Shown: positions 30,001-43,173, counted from the stretch's first letter. The stretch is DNA of 64,000 nucleotides from Eledone cirrhosa (GCA_964016885.1 OZ024741.1:190216001-190280000), one strand, 5' to 3'. Numbers and translations: made by a program. The notes: generated from the letters alone by a model not told the origin.

Positions 30001-33000
30001 TAAATGGCCTGGTAAGCAACACACTAAAGTCTAAATGGCCTGGTAGACCGCATGCTAAAGTCTAAATGGCCTGGTAAGCAACACACTAAAGTCTAAATGG
30101 CCTGGTAGATCGCATGCTAAAGTCTAAATAGCCTGGTAGACAACACACTAAAGTCTAAATGGCCTGGTAGACCGCATGCTAAAGTCTAAATGGCCTGGTA
30201 GACCGCATGCTAAAGTCTAAATGGCCTGGTAAGCAACACACTAAAGTCTAAATGGCCTGGTAGACCGCATGCTAAAGTCTAAATAGCCTGGTAGACAACA
30301 CACTAAAGTCTAAATGGCCTGGTAGACCGCATGCTAAAGTCTAAATGGCCTGGTAAGCAACACACTAAAGTCTAAATGGCCTGGTAGACCGCATGCTAAA
30401 GTCTAAATGGCCTGGTAAGCAACACACTAAAGTCTAAATGGCCTGGTAGACCGCATGCTAAAGTCTAAATAGCCTGGTAGACAACACACTAAAGTCTAAA
30501 TGGCCTGGTAGACCGCATGCTAAAGTCTAAATGGCCTGGTAGACAACACACTAAAGTCTAAATGGCCTGGTAGACCGCATGCTAAAGTCTAAACGGCCTG
30601 GTAGACAACACACTAAAGTCTAAATGGCCTGGTAGACCGCATGCTAAAGCCTAAATGGCCTGGTAGACCGCATGCTAAAGTCTAAATGGCCTGGTAAGCA
30701 ACACACTAAAGTCTAAATGGCCTGGTAGACCGCATGCTAAAGTCTAAATAGCCTGGTAGACAACACACTAAAGTCTAAATGGCCTGGTAGATCGCATGCA
30801 AAAGTCTAAATAGCCTGGTAGACAACACACTAAAGTCTAAATGGCCTGGTAGACCGCATGCTAAAGTCTAAATGGCCTGGTAGACAACAAACTAAAGTCT
30901 AAATGGCCTGGTAGACCGCATGCTAAAGTCTAAATGGCCTGGTAGACAACACACTAAAGTCTAAATGGCCTGGTAGACCGCATGCTAAACTCTAAATGGC
31001 CTGGTAAATCGCATGCTAAAGTCTAAATAGCCTGATAGACAACACACTAAAGTCTAAATGGCCTGGTAGACCGCATGCTAAAGTCTAAATGGCCTGGTAA
31101 GCAACACACTAAAGTCTAAATGGCCTGGTAGACCGCATGCTAAAGTCTAAATGGCCTGGTAAGCAACACACTAAAGTCTAAATGGCCTGGTAGATCGCAT
31201 GCTAAAGTCTAAATAGCCTGGTAGACAACACACTAAAGTCTAAATGGCCTGGTAGACCGCATGCTAAAGTCTAAATGGCCTAGTAGACAACACACTAAAG
31301 TCTAAATGGCCTGGTAGACCGCATGCTAAAGTCTAAATGGCCTGGTAGATCGCATGCTAAAGTCTAAATAGCCTGGTAGACAACACACTAAAGTCTAAAT
31401 GGCCTGGTAGACCGCATGCTAAAGTCTAAATGGCCTGGTAGACAACACACTAAATTATAAATGTCCTGGTAGACCGCATGCTAAAGTCTAAATGGCCTGG
31501 TAGACAACACACTAAAGTCTAAATGGCCTGGTAGACCGCATGCTAAAGTCTAAATGGCCTGGTAGATCGCATGCTAAAGTCTAAATAGCCTGGTAGACAA
31601 CACACTAAAGTCTAAATGGCCTGGTAGACCGCATGCTAAAGTCTAAATGGCCTGGTAAGCAACACACTAAAGTCTAAATGGCCTGGTAGACCGCATGCTA
31701 AAGTCTAAATGGCCTGGTAAGCAACACACTAAAGTCTAAATGGCCTGGTAGATCGCATGCTAAAGTCTAAATAGCCTGGTAGACAACACACTAAAGTCTA
31801 AATGGCCTGGTAGACCGCATGCTAAAGTCTAAATGGCATGGTAGACAACACACTAAAGTCTAAATGGGCTGGTAGACCGCATGCTAAAGTCTAAATGGCC
31901 TGGTAGACCGCATGCTAAAGTCTAAATGGCCTGGTAAGCAACACACTAAAGTCTAAATGGCCTGGTAGACCGCATGCTAAAGTCTAAATAGCCTGGTAGA
32001 CAACACACTAAAGTCTAAATGGCCTGGTAGACCGCATGCTAAAGTCTAAATGGCCTGGTAAGCAACACACTAAAGTCTAAATGGCCTGGTAGACCGCATG
32101 CTAAAGTCTAAATGGCCTGGTAAGCAACACACTAAAGTCTAAATGGCCTGGTAGACCGCATGCTAAAGTCTAAATAGCCTGGTAGACAACACACTAAAGT
32201 CTAAATGGCCTGGTAGACCGCATGCTAAAGTCTAAATGGCCTGGTAGACAACACACTAAAGTCTAAATGGCCTGGTAGACCGCATGCTAAAGTCTAAACG
32301 GCCTGGTAGACAACACACTAAAGTCTAAATGGCCTGGTAGACCGCATGCTAAAGTCTAAATGGCCTGGTAGACCGCATGCTAAAGTCTAAATGGCCTGGT
32401 AAGCAACACACTAAAGTCTAAATGGCCTGGTAGACCGCATGCTAAAGTCTAAATAGCCTGGTAGACAACACACTAAAGTCTAAATGGCCTGGTAGATCGC
32501 ATGCTAAAGTCTAAATAGCCTGGTAGACAACACACTAAAGTCTAAATGGCCTGGTAGACCGCATGCTAAAGTCTAAATGGCCTGGTAGACAACACACTAA
32601 ATTCTAAATGTCCTGGTAGACCGCATGCTAAAGTCTAAATGGCCTGGTAGACAACACACTAAAGTCTAAATGGCCTGGTAGACCGCATGCTAAAGTCTAA
32701 ATGGCCTGGTAGATCGCATGCTAAAGTCTAAATAGCCTGGTAGACAACACACTAAAGTCTAAATGGCCTGGTAGACCGCATGCTAAAGTCTAAATGGCCT
32801 GGTAAGCAACACACTAAAGTCTAAATGGCCTGGTAGACCGCATGCTAAAGTCTAAATGGCCTGGTAAGCAACACACTAAAGTCTAAATGGCCTGGTAGAT
32901 CGCATGCTAAAGTCTAAATAGCCTGGTAGACAACACACTAAAGTCTAAATGGCCTGGTAGACCGCATGCTAAAGTCTAAATGGCCTGGTAGACCGCATGC

Positions 33001-36000
33001 TAAAGTCTAAATGGCCTGGTAAGCAACACACTAAAGTCTAAATGGCCTGGTAGACCGCATGCTAAAGTCTAAATAGCCTGGTAGACAACACACTAAAGTC
33101 TAAATGGCCTGGTAGACCGCATGCTAAAGTCTAAATGGCCTGGTAAGCAACACACTAAAGTCTAAATGGCCTGGTAGACCGCATGCTAAAGTCTAAATGG
33201 CCTGGTAAGCAACACACTAAAGTCTAAATGGCCTGGTAGACCGCATGCTAAAGTCTAAATAGCCTGGTAGACAACACACTAAAGTCTAAATGGCCTGGTA
33301 GACCGCATGCTAAAGTCTAAATGGCCTGGTAGACAACACACTAAAGTCTAAATGGCCTGGTAGACCGCATGCTAAAGTCTAAACGGCCTGGTAGACAACA
33401 CACTAAAGTCTAAATGGCCTGGTAGACCGCATGCTAAAGCCTAAATGGCCTGGTAGACCGCATGCTAAAGTCTAAATGGCCTGGTAAGCAACACACTAAA
33501 GTCTAAATGGCCTGGTAGACCGCATGCTAAAGTCTAAATAGCCTGGTAGACAACACACTAAAGTCTAAATGGCCTGGTAGATCGCATGCAAAAGTCTAAA
33601 TAGCCTGGTAGACAACACACTAAAGTCTAAATGGCCTGGTAGACCGCATGCTAAAGTCTAAATGGCCCGGTAGACAACACACTAAAGTCTAAATGGCCTG
33701 GTAGACCGCATGCTAAAGTCTAAATGGCCTGGTAGACAACACACTAAAGTCTAAATGGCCTGGTAGACCGCATGCTAAACTCTAAATGGCCTGGTAAATC
33801 GCATGCTAAAGTCTAAATAGCCTGATAGACAACACACTAAAGTCTAAATGGCCTGGTAGACCGCATGCTAAAGTCTAAATGGCCTGGTAAGCAACACACT
33901 AAAGTCTAAATGGCCTGGTAGACCGCATGCTAAAGTCTAAATGGCCTGGTAAGCAACACACTAAAGTGTAAATGGCCTGGTAGATCGCATGCTAAAGTCT
34001 AAATAGCCTGGTAGACAACACACTAAAGTCTAAATGGCCTGGTAGACCGCATGCTAAAGTCTAAATGGCCTGGTAGACAACACACTAAAGTCTAAATGGC
34101 CTGGTAGACCGCATGCTAAAGTCTAAATGGCCTGGTAGATCGCATGCTAAAGTCTAAATAGCCTGGTAGACAACACACTAAAGTCTAAATGGCCTGGTAG
34201 ACCGCATGCTAAAGTCTAAATGGCCTGGTAGACAACACACTAAATTATAAATGTCCTGGTAGACCGCATGCTAAAGTCTAAATGGCCTGGTAGACAACAC
34301 ACTAAAGTCTAAATGGCCTGGTAGACCGCATGCTAAAGTCTAAATGGCCTGGTAGATCGCATGCTAAAGTCTAAATAGCCTGGTAGACAACACACTAAAG
34401 TCTAAATGGCCTGGTAGACCGCATGCTAAAGTCTAAATGGCCTGGTAAGCAACACACTAAAGTCTAAATGGCCTGGTAGACCGCATGCTAAAGTCTAAAT
34501 GGCCTGGTAAGCAACACACTAAAGTCTAAATGGCCTGGTAGATCGCATGCTAAAGTCTAAATAGCCTGGTAGACAACACACTAAAGTCTAAATGGCCTGG
34601 TAGACCGCATGCTAAAGTCTAAATGGCATGGTAGACAACACACTAAAGTCTAAATGGGCTGGTAGACCGCATGCTAAAGTCTAAATGGCCTGGTAGACCG
34701 CATGCTAAAGTCTAAATAGCCTGGTAGACAACACACTAAAGTCTAAATGGCCTGGTAGACCGCATGCTAAAGTCTAAATGGCCTGGTAAGCAACACACTA
34801 AAGTCTAAATGGCCTGGTAGACCGCATGCTAAAGTCTAAATGGCCTGGTAAGCAACACACTAAAGTCTAAATGGCCTGGTAGATCGCATGCTAAAGTCTA
34901 AATAGCCTGGTAGACAACACACTAAAGTCTAAATGGCCTGGTAGACCGCATGCTAAAGTCTAAATGGCCTGGTAAGCAACACACTAAAGTCTAAATGGCC
35001 TGGTAGACCGCATGCTAAAGTCTAAATGGCCTGGTAAGCAACACACTAAAGTCTAAATGGCCTGGTAGACCGCATGCTAAAGTCTAAATAGCCTGGTAGA
35101 CAACACACTAAAGTCTAAATGGCCTGGTAGACCGCATGCTAAAGTCTAAATGGCCTGGTAGACAACACACTAAAGTCTAAATGGCCTGGTAGACCGCATG
35201 CTAAAGTCTAAACGGCCTGGTAGACAACACACTAAAGTCTAAATGGCCTGGTAGACCGCATGCTAAAGTCTAAATGGCCTGGTAGACCGCATGCTAAAGT
35301 CTAAATGGCCTGGTAAGCAACACACTAAAGTCTAAATGGCCTGGTAGACCGCATGCTAAAGTCTAAATAGCCTGGTAGACAACACACTAAAGTCTAAATG
35401 GCCTGGTAGATCGCATGCTAAAGTCTAAATAGCCTGGTAGACAACACACTAAAGTCTAAATGGCCTGGTAGACCGCATGCTAAAGTCTAAATGGCCTGGT
35501 AGACAACACACTAAAGTCTAAATGGCCTGGTAGACCGCATGCTAAAGTCTAAATGGCCTGGTAGACAACACACTAAAGTCTAAATGGCCTGGTAGACAAC
35601 ACACTAAAGTCTAAATGGCCTGGTAGACCGCATGCTAAAGTCTAAATGGCCTGGTAAATCGCATGCTAAAGTCTAAATAGCCTGATAGACAACACACTAA
35701 AGTCTAAATGGCCTGGTAGACCGCATGCTAAAGTCTAAATGGCCTGGTAAGCAACACACTAAAGTCTAAATGGCCTGGTAGACCGCATGCTAAAGTCTAA
35801 ATGGCCTGGTAAGCAACACACTAAAGTCTAAATGGCCTGGTAGATCGCATGCTAAAGTCTAAATAGCCTGGTAGACAACACACTAAAGTCTAAATGGCCT
35901 GGTAGACCGCATGCTAAAGTCTAAATGGCCTGGTAGACAACACACTAAAGTCTAAATGGCCTGGTAGACCGCATGCTAAAGTCTAAATGGCCTGGTAGAC

Positions 36001-36975
36001 AATACACTAAAGTCTAAATGGCCTGGTAGACCGCATGTTAAAGTCTAAATGGCCTGGTAGATCGCATGCTAAAGTCTAAATAGCCTGGTAGACAACACAC
36101 TAAAGTCTAAATGGCCTGGTAGACCGCATGCTAAAGTCTAAATGGCCTGGTAGACCACATGCTAAAGTCTAAATGGTCTGGTAGACCGCATGTTAAAGCC
36201 TAAATGGCCTGGTAGATCGCATGCTAAAGTCTAAATAGCCTGGTAGACAACACACTAAAGTCTAAATGGCCTGGTAGACCGCATGCTAAAGTCTAAATGG
36301 CCTGGTAGACAACACACTAAAGTCTAAATGGCCTGGTAGATCGCATGCTAAAGTCTAAATAGCCTGGTAGACAACACACTAAAGTCTAAATGGCCTGGTA
36401 GACCGCATGCTAAAGTCTAAATGGTCTGGTAGACCACATGCTAAAGTCTAAATGGCCTGGTAGACCACATGCTAAAGTCTAAATGGCCTGGTAGACCGCA
36501 TGCTAAAGTCTAAATGGCCTGGTAGACAACACACTAAAGTCTAAATGGCCTGGTAGACCACATGCTAAAGTCTAAATGGTCTGGTAGACCACATGCTAAA
36601 GTCTAAATGGTCTGGTAGATCGCATGCTAAAGTCTAAATAGCCTGGTAGACAACACACTAAAGTCTAAATGGCCTGGTAGACCGCATGCTAAAGTCTAAA
36701 TGGTCTGGTAGACCACATGCTAAAGTCTAAATGGCCTGGTAGACCACATGCTAAAGTCTAAATGGCCTGGTAGACCACATGCTAAAGTATAAATGGCCTG
36801 GTAGGCAGCAGGCTAAAGTATAAATGGCCTGGTAGACCACACGCTAAAGTGTCAATCGCCTGGTAGACCGCATGTTAAAGTGTAAATGGCGAGCTAGACC
36901 GCATGCTAAAGTCTAAATGGCCAGGTAGACAGCACACTAAAATCTAAACGGCGTTGTAGACCACACGCTAAAGTA
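1..36975. repeat. 31-bp tandem satellite array (consensus TAAAGTCTAAATGGCCTGGTAGACCGCATGC), ~1,190 monomers, open at the left window edge
   Basis: Continuous head-to-tail 31-mers with a near-invariant ~23-bp part and a variable slot (CCGCATG/CAACACA/CCACATG/TCGCATG/CAGTATG/GCACACA). Monomers decay at ~36,780-36,975. Confidence 0.99.
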
Positions 36976-37451
36976 GCACCATAACTTCTACCAGTTAATT
37001 TTCCGAGTAATAAGCACTGTAATGCACTGACCAGACTAAGATATTCAAGCATTGCAGCATACCGACCATCATCATCACCACCACCTCCACCATATAAGTA
37101 AGATACACAAGCCATTCGGTGTCCTTGTCGTCTTTGCCAATTTTTATTTATTTATTTATTTTCTCAGTAACTCTTGACATCTGACTTTGTGACACTGTCA
37201 CTTTATGATCAACCTGAACTGTATAAACATTTAACATGTTTTGAATCACAAACAAGAGATTAAATACTGAAAGCTGTTGTCAGGTTGATTGAGCTAAAAA
37301 AAAAAGGAAGAAAACATGTCCAGGCAGATCGTGTCTAACGGATAATTTTATAGGATGCAAATACTGCCGAAATACTATTACAATGGAATCTTACCTGGTT
37401 TTCTAACTACCTGGCCTACTGGCAATCACACACACACACACACATATATAT

Positions 37452-37540
37452 GTATAGATTCAAAATTCAAATAAAACCAAGGATTAACATTATTCACTAC
37501 GGTCGTTTCAATGCGGCTAGAGTATCTCATCAAGTGTGTA
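37452..37540 (-). ncRNA. Degenerate type-I hammerhead ribozyme remnant next to a CA/TA microsatellite
   Basis: Minus strand reads cac-TTGATGA-gatactctagccgcatt-GAAA-cgacc-GTA-gtg. The core has a C>T change and stem II is damaged. Confidence 0.45.
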
Positions 37541-37724
37541 GAAAAAACAGATATCAGTAAAGTTACTCCATTATAGGTTCTATACTCAAAACTGTATCTC
37601 TTCATGAAATATAATTAAAAAACAAACAATAAATTAATTAATATCATAAGACAAATTATCAAGAATATTACAGGACTCAAAGTAATGTGCTTTCAAAGAG
37701 AACGCAATTATATACTAATATATT

Positions 37725-37919
37725 ATTGTTTCTACTTTTGATACACGGCCAGCAATTATCCCAGTGCATTACTGGTACCTTATTCTATCGATCTTTATTC
37801 TATCGATCCCGTAAGGATGAAAGGCAAAGTTAACCTCGGCGGGATTTGAACTCAGATTGTAAAGGGACGTAACTATATGCTGCAAAGCATGTCGTCCGAC
37901 CCTCTACCGATACTGCCAA
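37725..37919 (-). mobile_element. tRNA-derived SINE (octopus-type)
   Basis: Minus strand has an A-box-like TGGCAGTATCGG, a B-box GAGTTCAAATCCC, the core GCCTTTCATCCTTACGGG..CGAT and a 3' end AGTAGAAACAAT. Contains a small internal tandem duplication (TTATTCTATCGATC). Homologous to the other SINE copies here. Confidence 0.9.
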
Positions 37920-38036
37920 ATATATAATGCTCTTGTGTTTTTGTACGTAACGCGAAGGGAGGTAACTCATTTATGTTTCAGTATGTAAATATAGATATAT
38001 ACATATACATAAACATCTACATTATACAAAAAATGA

Positions 38037-38474
38037 CTAGCCGAAAAACCACCCGAAGGGTGGTTTTCTGCTAGCATGTGTAGTGTGTATATTGATATTA
38101 TACGCAGGTATTACATGTAGATATGATACATCAAATAAAATCGTAATATATAATACATAGAAATTGAACGTAATCCATGATAAATTAAAAAAGACGATAT
38201 TATATATAAACTGCATTAGGAGAAAATTAGTGACAGAAAATTAGTATGTTTATTTTAGCGATGGCCAACCGGAAGTGTTGACATTTCAGAAATTTTAAAG
38301 AAGTGAATCTTTAAATAAACAAAATATATTTAATCAACAGCCACGAAATTTAGTAGATAAATTATGTAATATTCATTCATCATTTATTCAAAGTAATCCA
38401 ACTTATTTTATTAATGGGATAAAAAATTATAAACCGTACGCAGTCCCGCGCTCCTTACTTTATTATAGTTTAGA
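38037..38474 (-). mobile_element. Non-autonomous Helitron
   Basis: Minus strand begins A|TCTAAACTATAATAAAG and ends in the hairpin AAAACCACCC-TTC-GGGTGGTTTT followed by CTAG|T. A/T target, no TSD. Confidence 0.65.
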
Positions 38475-39141
38475 TTACATACACACATCTATATGATGAG
38501 TGTGGAAGGAAGAGAGGGTCTCCGACGGGTTCGCGGTCGTACCCTTGGCAGTGGAGACTTCTGGTGTCCTTGGCCCTAGGGTCTTAGGGCTACCTCCCTA
38601 TTCACCACAATAGGCGCTGAGCTGGCCAGCCGCAGGTGTGAGCCTCGCGAGTTGGAATGGCTCTTTCGGCGAATCTCCCTTACCATCCTTCGGGGAAAGG
38701 CCTTCTCCATTCTGTCCGCCGGGGCTGTGGGGAGGCCAGCACGGATTAAGACATATTACCTCTCTTTTTCTTTTATGTGACAAACTATAGAAAACAGAGA
38801 ACAGCGTTCGTTACACCTGTGTTACTCATACATATAAATGTATACATAAGCAACCACAGACGCATGCACACCACACACACACGTTTGTGTGTGTGTGTAC
38901 ATGTAATAACTATTTTCTCTGAGTCTTTTTCTGTGTGTGTTTGTGTTGATGTGTGTGTATGTAGTAATTATTTTTAACTAGCGTTCTTAAATTGGCTATA
39001 CTTTTGTGAGTGTATGTGTGTGTGAGTGTGTTTGTGTGTGTGAGTGTATGTGTGTATGTATTGTTCAAGGAACCAAGTCCCTAGCAATATCGAAATAAAT
39101 TAGAATTATCAAGAATATAAAACGACCGCAGTTGAAGGGTA

Positions 39142-39996
39142 GGCATAGGTTAAGAATAACATCCTCGAAATTGAAACTAGGTTTTCTGACAAGTGAATGT
39201 GTTTGTTTTTTTTTTTTACAATGAAATTTACGATACACTCTTTGTTTATTTACAACAGGTCTCTATAGTGATATGGTGTTAATTAGTATTGCGTGTGTGA
39301 TTATTTTCTCTTATATATATTTATGTGTGGGTGTGTATATGTGTGTATATATATGTGTCTGTATGTATATATATATGTGTGTTTGTATATATGTGTTTGT
39401 GTCATCATCATCGTTTAGATGTTTTTGTAATATCTTGCCAAAGTTGGCACCAACTATAAACAAATTAAGGCCGGGTCATAAGAAGGACAGAGAATGATAA
39501 GGGATTTGGGTAAAAACATCTAAACGATGATGATGACACAAACACACATATATATACAAACACACATATATATATACATACAGACACACATATATATACA
39601 CACATATACACACCCACACATATATATATAAGAGAAAATAATCACACACGCAATACTAATTAACACCATATCACTATAGAGACCTGTTGTAAATAAACAA
39701 AGAGTGTATCGTAAATTTCATTGTAAAAAAACAAACAAACACATTCACTTGTCAGAAAACCTAGTTTCAATTTCGAGGACGTTATTCTTAACCTGGTGGA
39801 TTGGCAGTATCGGTAGAGGGTCGGACGCCATGCTTTGATGCATAGAGTTACGGCCCTTGCTATTCTGAGTTCAAATCCCGCCGAGGTTAACTTTGCCTTT
39901 CATCCTTACGGGGTCGATAAAATAAAGTACCAGTAATGTACTGGGTAATTTCTGGCCTTGTGCCAATAGTAGAAACAGTTATTCTTAACCTATGCC
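39142..39996. mobile_element. Foldback/MITE-like DNA transposon with ~285-bp TIRs (GGCATAG...) and 8-bp TSD GAAGGGTA
   Basis: 39142-39426 is the reverse complement of 39512-39794 plus 39992-39996. GAAGGGTA occurs at 39134-39141 and 39997-40004. The right arm is interrupted by a SINE. Confidence 0.88.
39795..39977 (+). mobile_element. Full-length tRNA-derived SINE with 14-bp TSD
   Basis: A box, B box (GAGTTCAAATCCC) and core present. TSD GTTATTCTTAACCT at 39781-39794 and 39978-39991. Confidence 0.95.
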
Positions 39997-40464
39997 GAAG
40001 GGTATATACAAATATACATCTACTCTTTAGCCGTCATTTTTTACGGGACGGGGACAGCTAGTTAATTTATAAATGCAAAAGCATAAGCTTGGGAATATTT
40101 TTAGACATAAGCAATTATTAGTGTTTTTCAACAAATATGTTAAAATTACGTTAAAGCAGTTATTTGGTTACAGCAGGAGTTGTTAGAAAGGATGAGATAA
40201 ATTGCAGTGCCTATTATTTTAAAAAACTTTTTACCGTAGAAAGATTTGAAAATGTTTAGAAGATATTTTGTTCGTTAAAGAATTCTTACAAATGTGAAGT
40301 GAGATTCAATTAATGCAGTAAAAACACGTTTTGGGGGCTTATTGAATTTTGAATTGTAAATGTTCGCTCTTGAAAAATGAAGGGTAGAAGTGTGCATTGA
40401 GCTTAACTCATCTTATAAATGAAAATAGTGAACACTATAACGTCATATATTAGTATTTTCTCTA

Positions 40465-40967
40465 TCTCCTTATAATATATAATCAGCAATTTCTCTGTTT
40501 GTCTGTCTGTCTGCCCGACAGTGGAAACACGTGCGCGCGTGCGAATGTTTTTTGCGCACGCGTAGAGAGAGAGAGTGAGAGTGAAAGAAAGAGACAGACT
40601 ACGAGAGGGGGATAGCGGGAGGGGGAGAGGGAGAGAGAGAGAGTGAATAGACGCTAAAACACGTGCGCGCGTGCGAATGTTTTTTGCGCACGCGTAGAGA
40701 GAGAGTGAGAGTGAAAGAAAGAGATAGACTACAAGAGGGGGATAGCGGGAGGGAGAGAGGGGGAATTGAGGAGTGCTACAGAAACATATATACATTTCTG
40801 TGTGTGTGTAATATATATATATATACACACACACAGAAATATATATGCATTTCTGTGTGTGTAATATATATATATATACACACACACAGAAATATATATA
40901 CATTTCTGTGTGTGTAATCTATATATATACTAGCAGAAAAACCACCCAGTCGGCGGTTTTCTGCTAG
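40465..40967 (+). mobile_element. Non-autonomous Helitron with internal duplications
   Basis: Starts A|TCTCCTTATAATATATAA..(GTCT)n and ends in the hairpin AAAACCACC-CAGTC-GGCGGTTTT plus CTGCTAG. Contains a ~130-bp direct duplication (40527 and 40658) and repeated palindromic CAGAAAT..ATTTCTG units. Confidence 0.6.
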
Positions 40968-41289
40968 TCTATATATATATAAAACGGAAGATGTCTGTCT
41001 CTGTGTGTGTATGATTTTTATGCATTTCCACATTTCTCTACCGATTTTGATGATTTTATTTCCAATGTGCTCCAAATTTACCAACGATGGTCAACGCGTA
41101 ATAAACTTTGCCAAACATTTCCTGCTTCTATGAAAAATTTGATAAAACTAAATACATGCTGTAACCCTCTCTCTAACACGCTTATTCACTCTCTCTATTA
41201 CCCAACAGCGACAAAACTTCGTTCAGGAACGCGACATAAACTTTGAAAACTAAGCAACACATCATTTTATACAACAACAAACATAGTCA

Positions 41290-41616
41290 TAACGCTCTCT
41301 CCGTCGCTCTTCCCTCTCTCTATAATAGATCATTCCCCCTCTCTATAATTTAACTGCTTTACTCTCTTCATGCTTTGAGGTTTAACACACCTCCCTATAG
41401 TTTCTTAGCTTTACTCTCTCCGTCGCCATTCCCTCTCTCTATAATAGATTATTCCCACTCTCTATAATTTAACTGCTTTATTCTCTCTGTCGCTCTTCAC
41501 TCTCTATATGATAACGCTGTTTTACAGACCTCCCTATAGTTTCTTAGCTTTACTCTCCCCATCGCTCTTCCCTCTCTCTATAATAGATTATTCCCCCTCT
41601 CTATAATTTAACTGCT
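41290..41616. repeat. CT-rich minisatellite inside the Helitron
   Basis: Three degenerate copies of CTCTCCGTCGCTCTTCCCTCTCTCTATAATAGATTATTCCCCCTCTCTATAATTTAACTGC, interleaved with ACCTCCCTATAGTTTCTTAGCTTTACTC. Confidence 0.8.
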
Positions 41617-41825
41617 GGGGGAGTCATTGGAGTCCCGTATTGACATACGGCTTTTCTGGGGTATTTTAAATCGGCTTATTGCAAATAACAACCCGCAAAA
41701 TAACACTTCATATAACAGATTAATGCTATAGACATATGAATCGGAATGTTTAAATTATTTATTTTTTACGACTTTAATTGGTTAAATATTAATATGACAA
41801 CACCCATAGTGTTGTACTTCTGGCA

Positions 41826-42088
41826 ATTCTGCCGAATACACTGCCAAGGATGAACCTTTTCCTCTCGGCGTCAGATATCCCGTTCGATTTCCGGCGATCC
41901 CAATTCCCGGTGAAACCATGTTTTGCCATGTCCATTAACAAGTCACAAGGGCAAACATTGTCGGTGGCGGGCATCCATTTAGGGGAGCCATGTTTCTCCC
42001 AAGGCCAACTTTAGGGAGCAAGAATGGACATTTTGCTTACACTCCTCAAGGGATGACACGCAATATCGTCTACAAAGAGGTGCTATAG
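41826..42088 (+). pseudogene. Helitron RepHel PIF1-family helicase C-terminal fragment (disrupted)
   Basis: Manual translation gives LPRMNLFLSASDIPFDFRRSQFPVKPCFAMSINKSQGQTLSVAGIHLGEPCFSQGQL*, then frameshifted ..TPQGMTRNIVYKEVL*. Matches the QFP/AMTINKSQGQT/FSHGQLY motifs and the NIVYKEVL terminus of Helitron helicases. Confidence 0.92.
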
Positions 42089-42112
42089 ATGTTGGTGCAG
42101 GTGTTGGAGGTG

Positions 42113-42145
42113 TTGGAGGTGTTGGAGGTGTTGGAGGTGTTGGAG
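42113..42145. repeat. 9-bp tandem repeat (GGTGTTGGA)n
   Basis: Directly visible; produces the spurious PPT-repeat ORF on the minus strand. Confidence 0.85.
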
Positions 42146-42438
42146 CTATGCCGTCTGGAAAACTATTTCCTGGTAGGGTCACCCATGGCGGACAGATCTG
42201 ACACCCAGCGGCATCAGGACCACCATCTTGCAACTTTGGTCTGCTAAATTCGCTATTGGAAGACTATTAACCCATCCTTGATTGTCCAAAATGCTAATTG
42301 GTTCGTAACTATTAATAACCGGTTCAACTGCTTTATGCACTTAATTGATAAGCTTATTCGCTTTCAAGCCACGTTTACCTGTTTGTAACTTTTCATAGCA
42401 AATGAACAAACCCGAGCAACGCCGGACTAAACTGCTAG

Positions 42439-42985
<547 letters not shown>

Positions 42986-43007
42986 TGTATGTATGTATGT
43001 ATGTATG

Positions 43008-43038
<31 letters not shown>

Positions 43039-43173
43039 TTCTGGTAATTCTCTCGCCCACTAGATATTAACACTTCTAATATTTAACACTGCCGGCACTA
43101 GTATTGAGCACCCTCTGCATACGCTATTTGGAAAATAACTACATGTATCACCTATCCCTCCTTTTCTCTCTCT

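Larger units (their letters stand above)
40968..42438 (+). mobile_element. Helitron deletion derivative carrying a minisatellite and a helicase C-terminus
   Basis: 5' end TCTATATATATATAAAACGG..GTCTGTC, 3' end CCCGAGCAACGCCGG..CTGCTAG|T, and an internal PIF1 helicase remnant. Confidence 0.88.

Noticed and set aside
1-36975. CRISPR-like look of a constant repeat plus variable spacer
   Set aside because: The variable part is only ~8 bp, drawn from a few related recurring variants. There are no cas genes and the context is eukaryotic.
1-36975. Satellite as a repetitive coding sequence
   Set aside because: The 31-bp period shifts frame every unit, with frequent TAA/TAG stops, and the track shows no ORFs within the array.
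39795-39885. tRNA gene
   Set aside because: A and B boxes are present but there is no full cloverleaf. It continues into the SINE core and is flanked by a TSD.
41789-42233. Minus-strand Pro/Cys-rich ORFs as a captured host gene
   Set aside because: They are antisense to the Helitron helicase remnant and a 9-bp repeat.
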